A DNA stretch of 64,000 nucleotides from an uncultured Alteromonadaceae bacterium (GCA_913056495.1 CAJXMO010000002.1:239347-303346), one strand, 5' to 3'. Positions 52,131 to 62,704 are shown, numbered from the stretch's first letter. The notes: generated by a model from the sequence alone, not told the origin. Translations and numbers: made by a program.

Positions 52131-54029
52131 TTATCTTCGGATCACCAGTGTCATCTCAAGTTTTACGGGCTGACTTAAGCTGGTCTCGAGCTGTTGTTTG
52201 ATATGCTCAATCTGGTTTTCACTCGGATATTTAGGGACAACCAGATCAAAGCGCACCAGAATCGGAGATTCATGAAAAATTTTCACATTTTTAATGGCCG
52301 CATGATCGAGCGAAATAGAGTTGACCTTAGACGTCCAGGTATTGTTTTGCACCATGTTGACAAAACTTAATGCCAACGGAATTGAAATCAGAGTCGTTAT
52401 CACAACGGAAATCAATAATCCTTTTTGTGCCCGCCTGAAAGGCGAAAAGCCTAGCCAGGAAAAGGTAATCGCTGCGGCTAATACTATGCCGGACAAGTTA
52501 GTTAAAAATAGTAGAAACGAGCCCAGAATCATATCTAAATCCATCCAGGCAATGGCGACACCTGTGGTCGCAAGCGGCGGCACCAATGCCACGGCTATTG
52601 CCACGCCTGCTAAGCTTTTTGCAACTTCGGAGCGACTGTTTGCGTAGGCCGCTGCAATACCTGAAATGATAGCAACCCCTAAATCGAGCAGATTTGGCGA
52701 AACCCGGGCAGACATTTCTTGGGTCAGCGAATTGAGCGGTATCATCAAGGATAATAAAGAGCCGCAGCCAAGCGCAAGTAACAACCCATAAATCAGGGTT
52801 TTGCTCGATTGTGTCATCAGACTTTGGTCCTGACGAACGGTACTCATTGCAAGAGAAACAATAGGAGCCATTAAAGGCGCTAGGATCATGGCACCTATAA
52901 TCACAGGGGCTGAATTTGAAAATAACCCAAGTGTCGCCAGCATAGTGGATAATGCCATCAGGGTTAAAAAACCACCGGATGTGCTCGCATTTTCACGTAG
53001 CGACTGGTAAAGCTCTTTAAATTCTTCGGTACCCGCGTGAATATTCCATGGCAAGGTTTTACTGACCAATTCAGGGACAGCATCTGCTGTGGGTAAGTGT
53101 TGTGTTCTGAACGCTTCTTTACCATGCGCAGCGGCTCTGTCTATTTTGAGGTATCGCCCGGGAACCAGTTGCAAAGATTTACTTTGAATTTCTAAATACA
53201 GTTTATCGCCTCTGTGCGCTCTTCCATCAATGGAATACTCAATTTCTTTTTGTGTTTTCAACTCCATTCCACCGGTTCTGACATGGCCGATAAAGTCCGG
53301 TAGTTTTGTTGGTGGATTGATAATATTTTTAATCAAACCTATAAACAGCTGGCGTAAACTGCGCGGTGCCAGAAAAACAGCATGAAACATGCCATCATTG
53401 ATATTGGACTCCCCTATCAGTTGTTGAACAAAACGGGTATTGCTGGAATGCTCAACTACTGAAATCGCCGTTGCTGCCGTGGTGATGGTTTTACCTTTTT
53501 GAGTCGTCAACGTCAGTTTAAATGGAATTTGATGACGGATTTCTTTAAGCCGTTTGCCGAAGTTTTTCAGTCGGTTAAACAGACTCGGTTTAGTCATCCT
53601 GATGGGTTTTAAACCAACAAAATCGCCAACCTCAACTGAGTTTAATACAAGCTCATTATTGCATTTCAGCATGTCAATGGCGTACTGCTCCTGACTAAAG
53701 CAATCTTTGATAGCTTCTTTACTGTCAAAATGAATTCCAAAACCAATAACACTCTGAGGGGCTTCTTTGTGTGGCAGCAATGAAACCACGCAGCCTTCTT
53801 TTGCTAGAACAGGAATGACTTGGTAGTTGAGCTCGTCTGGCAGGTATAATATACAAAGGTCCGTTTCTAATAGCTGAGTGCTGCCGGATAAAACATCCTG
53901 TGCTGAAATTTCAAATAATTTACAGTCAGGTGCAACCTCAACTATTTGATCAACAATTTCATTAGGTGCTGATTTTTCAGAGATTAAAAAAGTCCGTTCA
54001 ATATTAGCTAGGTTTGGGTTTTCCGTCAT
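52131..54029 (-). CDS. DAG-kinase-like domain fused to DUF389 (TIGR00341) membrane domain
   Basis: C-terminal IIGAMILAPLM, GVAIAVALVPP, NL..I; N-terminal soluble YegS-like region ending IDG. Confidence 0.75.
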   Translation of the reverse strand: MTENPNLANIERTFLISEKSAPNEIVDQIVEVAPDCKLFEISAQDVLSGSTQLLETDLCILYLPDELNYQVIPVLAKEGCVVSLLPHKEAPQSVIGFGIHFDSKEAIKDCFSQEQYAIDMLKCNNELVLNSVEVGDFVGLKPIRMTKPSLFNRLKNFGKRLKEIRHQIPFKLTLTTQKGKTITTAATAISVVEHSSNTRFVQQLIGESNINDGMFHAVFLAPRSLRQLFIGLIKNIINPPTKLPDFIGHVRTGGMELKTQKEIEYSIDGRAHRGDKLYLEIQSKSLQLVPGRYLKIDRAAAHGKEAFRTQHLPTADAVPELVSKTLPWNIHAGTEEFKELYQSLRENASTSGGFLTLMALSTMLATLGLFSNSAPVIIGAMILAPLMAPIVSLAMSTVRQDQSLMTQSSKTLIYGLLLALGCGSLLSLMIPLNSLTQEMSARVSPNLLDLGVAIISGIAAAYANSRSEVAKSLAGVAIAVALVPPLATTGVAIAWMDLDMILGSFLLFLTNLSGIVLAAAITFSWLGFSPFRRAQKGLLISVVITTLISIPLALSFVNMVQNNTWTSKVNSISLDHAAIKNVKIFHESPILVRFDLVVPKYPSENQIEHIKQQLETSLSQPVKLEMTLVIRR

Positions 54030-54185
54030 AAAGCTTGGCTATTAATCTGAGGTCGTTTTATGCTGGCAGAAATTCAGCCAATTGAAAAGTTAAATTTACA
54101 CTCATTCTAAGGTGCAAATTGATTTATTTGTGGCTGGCCGTCAACCCGTCTAATCAGACGGGACTGTCAATATAATAAACTTGTG

Positions 54186-54833
54186 TTAAGCACAGGCGTT
54201 TAAGCGGAATAACCGGTAACACACCTGGCCGGCTTTTTTTTCTTTAAGTATTTGCCAGTTGTCAGGCCAGAACTGGGTCGTTAATTCTGCTTCGGTTTCA
54301 ACATAAATCAGGCCGTCGTCGGTTAATAATTTTTGCTGTGCAATTAACTGGCAACTTTTTTCTGCAAGGCCTAAGCGAAAAGGTGGATCGATAAAAATAA
54401 TATCAAACTGTTTATCACAATTTTGCAGATAGAGCAGACAATCGCCTTCTATGACTTGCCCCTGACAGGCTTCTGCCACTGGAGATTGCAATAACTGAGT
54501 TAAGTTTTGTTTGAGCTGTCTCGCCACAGCTGCAGACTTTTCCAGCAAAGTCACTTCTTTGGCATAGCGTGATAAAGCTTCAAATCCCAGCGATCCCGAA
54601 CCGGCAAAACAATCCAGTACACGGGCGTTGTTTAGATTAAACATCAACCAGTTAAACAGGGTTTCTTTAACTCTGTCAGTTGTTGGCCTGAGCCCTGGGC
54701 TATCCTGAACGGGTAGTTTTTTGCCTTTAAACTTTCCGCTGATAATTCTAACCTGCCCAACGGATTTATTTTGAGCGTTCATTTTTGGGTTGGCACGGTT
54801 TTTTGTATTTCGTTTTGGTCTGGATGCTGGCAT
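54186..54833 (-). CDS. rsmD: 16S rRNA m2G966 methyltransferase
   Basis: LRPTTDRVKETLFNW, FAGSG, DPPF; divergent from ftsY. Confidence 0.96.
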   Translation of the reverse strand: MPASRPKRNTKNRANPKMNAQNKSVGQVRIISGKFKGKKLPVQDSPGLRPTTDRVKETLFNWLMFNLNNARVLDCFAGSGSLGFEALSRYAKEVTLLEKSAAVARQLKQNLTQLLQSPVAEACQGQVIEGDCLLYLQNCDKQFDIIFIDPPFRLGLAEKSCQLIAQQKLLTDDGLIYVETEAELTTQFWPDNWQILKEKKAGQVCYRLFRLNACA

Positions 54834-55049
54834 AGATATCCTGAACTATTTCACCTGTTAAGCTGCTGATTATACTAAACCCGTCATCAAACAGCTATAA
54901 AGCTTATCTTGAGTTAACTCTGACTATAATCTCAGTGCAATTAAGGTTAAAATGTCGGGTATATAACCCAGGATATTAAAATCTAAGTGATTTTTATTTT
55001 CCAGATACAAGTTTTCGCAATTTAATCCAGATAAGAGATAACGAATCGA

Positions 55050-56285
55050 ATGAGCAAAAAGAAAGGTTTATTTAGCTGGTTTGGTAAAAAAAATACGGCT
55101 CAAGAAGAGCAGAACCAACCGCAGGAAAACCAAACACCTGAGGCAGAAAAGCAAGTTGAAGTCAGTCAGCCGGAAAAAATAGAAGAAACGCAGCCTGTTA
55201 ATGAATCCGTTGATACGGCTGAACCTATTACTGAAGTTGATACACCTGTTGAAGAGTTGGCTCAAGATGAGGCCGATACAGAGCAGGCTGTAGAATCCGA
55301 TGAGACTGCTCAGGTTGAAATGCAGCCTGAACCTCAGGAAAAACCGCAAAGAGTGGGATTTTTTAGTCGTTTAAAACAAAGTTTAACGCGTACTAAAGCT
55401 TCTATTGGCAGTGGTTTGTTTGGCTTATTCAAAGGTAAAAAAATCGATGATGATTTGTTTGAAGAGCTGGAAACCCAATTGTTAATGGCCGATTTGGGGA
55501 TAGAAACCACAACTAAAATTATTGATGCGGTAACAGAATCTGCGCAGCGAAAAGATCTGAAAGATGCTGAAGCTCTGTATGGTTTATTAAAAGAAAAAAT
55601 GCGTGAGATTTTAGCTGAAGTGAATCAGCCCTTGGATATTCAACCTCAGTCAGAAGGCCCTTTTGTTATTTTGATGGTTGGGGTTAATGGGGTTGGTAAA
55701 ACCACGACCATAGGTAAATTGGCCAAACAATACCAGAACCAGGGTAAATCTGTGATGTTGGCAGCCGGTGACACCTTCCGTGCCGCTGCGGTAGAGCAGC
55801 TTCAGGTATGGGGGCAAAGAAATGATATTCATGTGGTTGCGCAACATACTGGCGCAGACAGCGCTTCAGTCGTTTATGACGCATTTGCTTCTGCTAAAGC
55901 AAAAGGCGTAGATATCTTAATTGCAGATACAGCTGGTCGTTTGCAAAATAAAGCGCATCTGATGGAAGAATTGAAAAAAATCGTGCGGGTTATGAAAAAA
56001 ATAGATCCGAAAGCACCGCATGAAATTATGTTAGTGATTGATTCAACAACCGGACAGAATGCAGTCAGCCAAACTAAATTGTTTGACGAAGCGGTTGGTT
56101 TAACCGGGATTTCATTGACCAAACTTGACGGTACTGCAAAAGGCGGTGTTATATTTGCGGTCGCTGATCAGTTTAAAGTGCCTATCCGTTATATTGGTGT
56201 GGGCGAAGGCATTGATGATTTAAGACCATTTGACGCAGATGATTTTATTGAAGCTTTGTTTAGCACAGATGAGGCGGACGACTAA
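55050..56285 (+). CDS. ftsY: SRP receptor FtsY
   Basis: Acidic N-terminus; GVNGVGKTT, DTAGR, TKLDG. Confidence 0.98.
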   Translation: MSKKKGLFSWFGKKNTAQEEQNQPQENQTPEAEKQVEVSQPEKIEETQPVNESVDTAEPITEVDTPVEELAQDEADTEQAVESDETAQVEMQPEPQEKPQRVGFFSRLKQSLTRTKASIGSGLFGLFKGKKIDDDLFEELETQLLMADLGIETTTKIIDAVTESAQRKDLKDAEALYGLLKEKMREILAEVNQPLDIQPQSEGPFVILMVGVNGVGKTTTIGKLAKQYQNQGKSVMLAAGDTFRAAAVEQLQVWGQRNDIHVVAQHTGADSASVVYDAFASAKAKGVDILIADTAGRLQNKAHLMEELKKIVRVMKKIDPKAPHEIMLVIDSTTGQNAVSQTKLFDEAVGLTGISLTKLDGTAKGGVIFAVADQFKVPIRYIGVGEGIDDLRPFDADDFIEALFSTDEADD

Positions 56286-56316
56286 AATACCGGGTATATA
56301 ATAATAAGGTTTACGG

Positions 56317-57009
56317 ATGATTCAATTTGAGCAAGTGTCAAAAACTTATCGTGGCGGTCATCAGGCGCTGCAAAAAGTAAACTTTCACATAAAAGCAGGT
56401 GAAATGGCTTTTTTAACCGGGCATTCGGGGGCCGGTAAAAGTACCTTGCTCAAATTGATTTCTATTATGGAAAGGCCCTCTGCCGGTAAAGTATTTATTA
56501 ACGGACATGACTTAAGTCAAATCAGACCTTCCCAGATCCCTTATGTCAGACGTGACATTGGAATGATTTTTCAAAATCATCACTTATTAAAAGAACAAAC
56601 TGTATTTGATAATGTTGCTTTACCTTTGATCATTGAAGGCTACAGCCTGAAAGAAACAAAAAAACGGGTTCATGCTGCGTTAGACAAAGTCGGGCTGTTG
56701 AATAAAGAAAGATATTACCCTGTGATGCTGTCAGGTGGTGAGCAACAAAGAGTTGGCATTGCCCGAGCTGTAGTGAATACGCCGCCTATTTTGCTAGCCG
56801 ATGAGCCGACCGGTAATCTGGATCCTAAGTTGTCGTTAGATATTATGCGAATATTTGAGGAATTTAATCAGGTCGGCACCAGTGTGTTTATTGCAACTCA
56901 TGATCTTGGGCTAATTGCACGAATGAAATATCGTACATTAACCTTAAAACAAGGCCGATTATTAAACTCAGATTTAGCCGGCGAATCCCAAGACGGAATG
57001 GGAGAATAA
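56317..57009 (+). CDS. ftsE: Cell-division ATPase FtsE
   Basis: GHSGAGKST, LSGGEQQR, DEPTGNLD. Confidence 0.97.
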   Translation: MIQFEQVSKTYRGGHQALQKVNFHIKAGEMAFLTGHSGAGKSTLLKLISIMERPSAGKVFINGHDLSQIRPSQIPYVRRDIGMIFQNHHLLKEQTVFDNVALPLIIEGYSLKETKKRVHAALDKVGLLNKERYYPVMLSGGEQQRVGIARAVVNTPPILLADEPTGNLDPKLSLDIMRIFEEFNQVGTSVFIATHDLGLIARMKYRTLTLKQGRLLNSDLAGESQDGMGE

Positions 57010-57010
57010 A

Positions 57011-58000
57011 ATGAGTTTATTATTTTCAAACCGGGACAAAAAAGGGGCCACTCAGCGCAAACTGGGTTTTTTTCAAAAGGTTCGTAGTTTTTTTATCAGT
57101 CATATTCGTCAGTGGTTAAGTTCACTAGGCAGTATATGGCGGGATCCTATGCCATCTATTCTGACGATAGCCGTTTTAGGGGTGAGTTTAACTTTACCGG
57201 CTACCTTGTATGTGGTGGTTAAAAATGCTGAATCAGTAGAGCAAAGCTGGCAAAATGCAGCTGAAATTTCATTGTTTTTGCAGGATGAATTAACGAGTCA
57301 GCAATTAACAACTTTTGTTAAGCAGGTTGAGTTAAATCATAAAGTTGAGCAGATTCAGTTAATTAATAAGGCTGATGCCCTTGCTGAATTTGAACAATTA
57401 TCAGGTTTTGGTGATGCGCTTAATTTGCTTGATTCTAATCCTTTGCCCAACGTGCTTGTGGTGACACCGTCCAGCCAGTTTTCTTCTGCTAATGCTGCCA
57501 AAGCGCTGTTATCTGAACTTGAGCAAATGCGGGAAGTCGATTTTGGTAAACTGGATATTGAATGGTTACGCCGGTTGAATGCACTATTGAATATGGTTAA
57601 CAGTGCACTTAGCAGTTTGATTATTTTATTGTGTATTTCAGTCGTCCTTATTGTGGGTAATACGATACGACTGGCCATTGCTAACCGTAAAGATGAAATT
57701 GAGGTATTGAAGCTGGTTGGCGCAACAGATAGCTTTATTCAGCGGCCATTTTTATATACAGGCCTCTGGTATGGGTTTTTTGCCGGTATGCTGGCCTGGT
57801 TTAGTATTGAAATTTTGTTATGGTATTTGTCTGCCTCGATAGAGGTGATAACCGAGTTATATCACTCTGAATTTAGTTTGTCCGGACTCAGTGCCGGAGA
57901 AATGTTCTGGCTGCTGGCAATCAGCATGATGCTTGGCTGGCTAGGCTCTTTTATTGTCGTGCGTCAGCAAATTAAATTAATTGAGCCAGAGTTAGGCTAA
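57011..58000 (+). CDS. ftsX: Cell-division permease FtsX
   Basis: GNTIRL, EVLKLVGAT, RPFLY. Confidence 0.96.
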   Translation: MSLLFSNRDKKGATQRKLGFFQKVRSFFISHIRQWLSSLGSIWRDPMPSILTIAVLGVSLTLPATLYVVVKNAESVEQSWQNAAEISLFLQDELTSQQLTTFVKQVELNHKVEQIQLINKADALAEFEQLSGFGDALNLLDSNPLPNVLVVTPSSQFSSANAAKALLSELEQMREVDFGKLDIEWLRRLNALLNMVNSALSSLIILLCISVVLIVGNTIRLAIANRKDEIEVLKLVGATDSFIQRPFLYTGLWYGFFAGMLAWFSIEILLWYLSASIEVITELYHSEFSLSGLSAGEMFWLLAISMMLGWLGSFIVVRQQIKLIEPELG

Positions 58001-58183
58001 ATGTTAATTTTGTAGCCGGCTATTTGTTATGCAACCGGCTACCAAACCCTGTCTTAAAAGTCGAAACAATCTCTATTATTTATTCAAACAAAAAATCACC
58101 GTATTTTTTGTAAAATATAGAAAAAAAAGCTTTTCATTTTCCGAAAAAGTGATTTAATTCGCGCCAGACAAGCTGGCGTTCAA

Positions 58184-58371
58184 TGCTAAAATTCTTTTCG
58201 TATCAGAGCAGAGCGGTCGGGTAGGCGATTAATTTATTAATCGCTGTTTTATAACTTGAACTAAAATGTTTGTTTAAGTGTAACGCCGTCTGCTGAGCTG
58301 ATAAACCTGCAACTACTGTGAGTGTAGTTTCCCTTCCAAGTTTGGCAGACCCCGTCTATTAGGGGTGAAAA
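58184..58371 (+). promoter_or_regulatory. Extended -10 promoter and structured 5' leader of the decarboxylase
   Basis: TGcTAAAAT at 58184-58192; multi-stem leader; hairpin ACCCC/GGGGT covers the SD. Confidence 0.55.
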
Positions 58372-60630
58372 ATGAAGTTTCGTTTTCCTGTCATTATTAT
58401 TGATGAAGATTTCCGCTCTGAAAATATTTCAGGCTCAGGTATTCGTGATCTGGCTGATGCCATCGGGCAGCACGGAATGGAAGTAATTGGATTTACCAGT
58501 TATGGAGATTTAAGCGCATTTGCACAGCAATCCAGTCGCGCATCTTGCTTTATTTTATCAATTGATGATGAAGAGTTTGGTGAAGGTTTTGAAGCCGATA
58601 TCGAAAAAGCGGTTGCGCCTATTCGTCAGTTTATCAGCGAAGTTCGCAAGCGTAATGCCGATATTCCGGTATTTTTATATGGTGAAACCAAAACGTCACG
58701 CAATATTCCGAATGATGTATTACGTGAATTACATGGGTTTATTCATATGTTTGAAGATACGCCCGAATTTGTTGCGCGCCATATTATCCGTGAAGCAAAA
58801 AAATATATGGATGCACTGGCGCCTCCGTTTTTCAATGCACTGGTCCATTATGCTGAAGACAGTTCTTATTCATGGCATTGTCCGGGGCATTCAGGTGGCG
58901 TAGCCTTTTTAAAAAGCCCGGTTGGGCAAATGTTTCATCAGTTTTTTGGTGAAAATATGCTGCGTGCGGATGTCTGTAATGCCGTTGATGAACTCGGGCA
59001 ATTACTCGATCATACCGGACCTGTTGCCGCCAGTGAGCAAAATGCAGCGCGCATTTTTAATTGTGATCATTTATTTTTTGTGACCAATGGCACTTCTACC
59101 TCTAACAAAATTGTTTGGCATTCTACTGTGGCGGCCGGGGATATTGTGGTGGTGGATCGTAATTGCCATAAATCCATTTTGCATTCGATTATTATGACAG
59201 GTGCAATTCCGGTCTTTTTAATGCCGACCCGCAATAATTACGGCATTATCGGACCTATCCCTAAATCAGAATTCAGTCTTGAATCGATTGAGAAAAAAAT
59301 TGCGGCGAATCCGTTTGCGCGCAACGCTAAGTGTAAAAAACCGAGAATTTTAACCATTACTCAAAGCACTTATGATGGCGTGGTCTATAACGTTGAAATG
59401 ATCAAATCTATGCTCAATAATCAGGTTGATACACTGCATTTTGACGAAGCTTGGTTACCCCATGCGACGTTTCACGAGTTTTATAAAGATATGCATGCAA
59501 TTAGTAAAGGCGGTGAGCGTGCTGATGATGCTCTGGTATTTGCGACTCAGTCAACACATAAGTTATTAGCGGGTTTATCTCAGGCGTCACAAATTCTGGT
59601 GCAAAATGGTCAAAACCGGACGCTGGATACACATCGTTTTAATGAATCCTATTTAATGCATACATCGACCAGCCCTCAATACTCAATTATTGCATCCTGT
59701 GATGTTGCAGCCGCTATGATGGAAGGCCCAGGCGGCCGCGCTTTGGTTGAAGAATCGATTCTGGAAGCGATTGATTTTCGTCGAGCGATGCGAAAAGTGG
59801 ATGCCGAATTCGGTGAAAATGACTGGTGGTTTAAAGTTTGGGGACCGGATCAACTCGCTGAAGAGGGTATCGGAGAGCGGGATGACTGGGTAATACATTC
59901 ATCTGATGACTGGCATGGATTTGGCGAGATAGAATCCGGATTTAATATGCTGGATCCGATTAAAGCAACCATTATCACTCCGGGGCTGAATTTAAACGGT
60001 GATTTTGATGAGTTGGGTATTCCGGCTGCAGTCGTCAGTAAATATTTATCTGAGCATGGGATTATTATTGAAAAAACCGGACTGTATTCATTTTTTATTA
60101 TGTTTACCATTGGCATTACCAAAGGTCGCTGGAATTCTATGGTGACTGAGCTACAGCAATTTAAAGATGATTATGATCAAAACCTGGCTTTATGGCGGGT
60201 GATGCCGGAATTTGTTGGCAAATATCCTCAGTATGAGCGAGTTGGTTTGCGAGATTTATGTCAGCGAATTCATCAAATGTACAAGCAATATGATGTGGCT
60301 CGCATTACGACACAAATGTATTTATCAGAAATAGAAACCGCAATGATCCCATCTGATGCCTGGGCTAAAATGGCGCACCGGGAAGTTGAGCGGGTGTCTA
60401 TTGATGACATTGAAGGACGCATTACCGCTATGCTGGTAACGCCTTATCCTCCGGGTATCCCGCTGATGGTACCGGGAGAAAGATTCAATGAAACGATTAT
60501 TCAATACCTTAAATTTGCCCGTGATTTTAATACGGCGCTGCCCGGATTTGAAACCGATGTACACGGCTTAATTAAACTGACGCAGGATGGAAAAACTGGA
60601 TATTTTGTCGATGTTGTAAAAGAAGATTAA
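58372..60630 (+). CDS. Lysine/arginine/ornithine decarboxylase (LAOdc family)
   Basis: Wing domain; WHCPGHSGG, TNGTSTSNK, DEAW, QSTHK (PLP Lys), PYPPGIP. Confidence 0.93.
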   Translation: MKFRFPVIIIDEDFRSENISGSGIRDLADAIGQHGMEVIGFTSYGDLSAFAQQSSRASCFILSIDDEEFGEGFEADIEKAVAPIRQFISEVRKRNADIPVFLYGETKTSRNIPNDVLRELHGFIHMFEDTPEFVARHIIREAKKYMDALAPPFFNALVHYAEDSSYSWHCPGHSGGVAFLKSPVGQMFHQFFGENMLRADVCNAVDELGQLLDHTGPVAASEQNAARIFNCDHLFFVTNGTSTSNKIVWHSTVAAGDIVVVDRNCHKSILHSIIMTGAIPVFLMPTRNNYGIIGPIPKSEFSLESIEKKIAANPFARNAKCKKPRILTITQSTYDGVVYNVEMIKSMLNNQVDTLHFDEAWLPHATFHEFYKDMHAISKGGERADDALVFATQSTHKLLAGLSQASQILVQNGQNRTLDTHRFNESYLMHTSTSPQYSIIASCDVAAAMMEGPGGRALVEESILEAIDFRRAMRKVDAEFGENDWWFKVWGPDQLAEEGIGERDDWVIHSSDDWHGFGEIESGFNMLDPIKATIITPGLNLNGDFDELGIPAAVVSKYLSEHGIIIEKTGLYSFFIMFTIGITKGRWNSMVTELQQFKDDYDQNLALWRVMPEFVGKYPQYERVGLRDLCQRIHQMYKQYDVARITTQMYLSEIETAMIPSDAWAKMAHREVERVSIDDIEGRITAMLVTPYPPGIPLMVPGERFNETIIQYLKFARDFNTALPGFETDVHGLIKLTQDGKTGYFVDVVKED

Positions 60631-60662
60631 GCGGGTCGTGAACAAATGTTTATGATGAATAT

Positions 60663-60691
60663 AAAAGCCAAACAGTGATGTTTGGCTTTTT
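60663..60691. terminator. Bidirectional terminator
   Basis: AAAAGCCAAACA-GTGA-TGTTTGGCTTTTT. Confidence 0.8.
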
Positions 60692-60717
60692 GTACTATGC
60701 GTTTCAATTAGACAAAA

Positions 60718-61473
60718 TTAAAAGATATAAACCAGAGTTAAGCTGGTTGTCGTATCTGTATTTTCTTTATCTGCCGGTACTTCACTGTTGTGGATAATCG
60801 TATAAGCGGCTTTCATGCTTAAGTTACCCATCAGATTTGCAGAGACTGCCGTTTCTGATTTTGAACGCGTATTTTTATCGCTTTCCAGTGCAGCTTCTGT
60901 ACTTAAAAGCTGAGTAAACTTGGCATGTTCGCTGATTTTATACTGATATTCAGCCGCCAGACGTACAACCGCTGATTCAACTTTTTCACCATCGTCGGTT
61001 TTATTAAAGCTATAACCAGGACCCACGTTATAATTTAAAAATGACTTTTCGGTACTGAATAGTTGGTCTGAATAACCCGCAGCAATTGTGCTTTGATAGT
61101 CATAACCACTGAATCTGTCGTCGGTATAAGAGCCATAAATAAACAAAGCAGAATGCTCTTGGTTTAATTTGTAATCCCCTTGAGCTGAGACAAATAGCTT
61201 TTGTGCTGTGGTTTGTTCTTCAGAAACTGAATTACCGGCACCGTCATCAATCGTAACTTCATCCTTTTTGTATAAGGCATCTAACTGGTAATTATTTTTC
61301 CACTTCTCCATTTCATGCGTAACCGCAAGCTTTCCTTTTAATGAAGTACTCTCGGTATTACCACTGGTTGCGATAACACCTAATTCTACTTCCGCGTTTA
61401 GTGGTTCTGCGGCCTGTGCAGCAAAGGCTGCACAAACCAGACAAGATAAACTAGTTAGTTTAAATAAATTCAT
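60718..61473 (-). CDS. DUF481 (YdiY-like) outer-membrane beta-barrel
   Basis: Signal peptide; SGNTESTS, DRFSGY, terminal YIF; start at MNLF. Confidence 0.85.
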   Translation of the reverse strand: MNLFKLTSLSCLVCAAFAAQAAEPLNAEVELGVIATSGNTESTSLKGKLAVTHEMEKWKNNYQLDALYKKDEVTIDDGAGNSVSEEQTTAQKLFVSAQGDYKLNQEHSALFIYGSYTDDRFSGYDYQSTIAAGYSDQLFSTEKSFLNYNVGPGYSFNKTDDGEKVESAVVRLAAEYQYKISEHAKFTQLLSTEAALESDKNTRSKSETAVSANLMGNLSMKAAYTIIHNSEVPADKENTDTTTSLTLVYIF

Positions 61474-61501
61474 TAAATCAATTTTCCTTTTACTTCTAAA
61501 A

Positions 61502-62332
61502 TTATTCCGAGTCAGCTTCTGCTTTATGAACATGAATATCCATTTGCGGGAATGGGATGCCGATACCGGCTTTATCTAACTCTTGTTTAATTTGTTTTGT
61601 TAACGCAAATTTGGTTGGCCAAAATTCAGATGTATTTACCCAAGGGCGCACGACAAAGTTAACTGAAGAGTCTGCTAATTCGCTGACACCAACTGTATAG
61701 GCGGGTGTCTCTAATACATTCGGATGCTCATCCAGAATACGCTTTAATAATTCTTCGGTTTGCTGTAAATCAGCAGAATAAGAAACACCAATAACCATAT
61801 CAAGACGGCGGGTATCATGACGCGAATAGTTTGTGATTGCATCACCAGTAATGCGCGCGTTCGGCACGACTACAAATTTATTGTCCGGTGTGGTTAAGGT
61901 TGTTGAGAAGATTTGAATTTCTTTCACTACACCCGCTACACCGCCAGCTTCTACAAAGTCACCGGCCTTAAACGGACGAAATACGGTGATCAAAATACCG
62001 GATGCAAAGTTTGATAATGAACCTTGTAAAGATAAACCAATTGCTAAACCTGCGGCACCCAAAATTGCTACAAAGGTCGCAGTTTGAACACCAACATGGC
62101 TTAAAGCTGCAATTATGACTGCCGCTGCAACCAATGCATGTGTTAGGCTTGATGCGAATGATGAGACTGCTGGATCAATTGATTTTTTGATCATGGCTTT
62201 ATTAAGTGATGAAGAGACTAAACGCGCAATTTTAAAACCAATCCAGAGGATTAAAATGGCGGTTACTAAGCTAATTGCATAGCTGATTAACAGATCTTGG
62301 TTATCTTCAAACCATTTAGTGATAGCTTCCAT
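61502..62332 (-). CDS. mscS: Small-conductance mechanosensitive channel
   Basis: GAAGLAIGLSLQGSLSNFASG, RPFKAGD, PFPQMD. Confidence 0.95.
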   Translation of the reverse strand: MEAITKWFEDNQDLLISYAISLVTAILILWIGFKIARLVSSSLNKAMIKKSIDPAVSSFASSLTHALVAAAVIIAALSHVGVQTATFVAILGAAGLAIGLSLQGSLSNFASGILITVFRPFKAGDFVEAGGVAGVVKEIQIFSTTLTTPDNKFVVVPNARITGDAITNYSRHDTRRLDMVIGVSYSADLQQTEELLKRILDEHPNVLETPAYTVGVSELADSSVNFVVRPWVNTSEFWPTKFALTKQIKQELDKAGIGIPFPQMDIHVHKAEADSE

Positions 62333-62436
62333 AGGGACTCCTAGTATTGTATATCGCTCAGCACCATCATTAATGCTACTACCGTGAGCTAGATTTTTCA
62401 GAAATGAAATTACTGAATTGAACTAACGCAAATATT

Positions 62437-62704
62437 TATACCTAAGTTACTTGAATATGCTAGATTTCAGCAAGAGATAAAAAGCATTTAGACAAGGCAT
62501 TGATTGAAGATAATGGTTATCCCTTTTCAAAATCAATAACACTGTATAAATGCTTTTTAGCCTTGCCCTTCGGGCGCTTCATAGCGTTTTTATTACTGCG
62601 TTATGTTAATTTGAAAGGTGCCTACATTCCTTCATTAACATGCCTTGTACTAAAAACGCTGTGATAGCTCTGAAACATGCATCTTCAAGTAGCTTAGGTA
62701 TATA
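62437..62704. mobile_element. ERIC-like MITE, copy 3
   Basis: TATACCTAAG...CTTAGGTATA(TA) ends; near-full-length match to the reverse complement of copy 1. Confidence 0.88.

Noticed and set aside
55050-55350. Low-complexity Glu/Gln/Pro-rich stretch at the start of ftsY
   Set aside because: Normal acidic A-domain of gammaproteobacterial FtsY
58199-58371. Lysine, c-di-GMP or guanidine riboswitch call for the decarboxylase leader
   Set aside because: The conserved signature segments I remember for these classes are not recognisable; kept only as an unclassified structured leader
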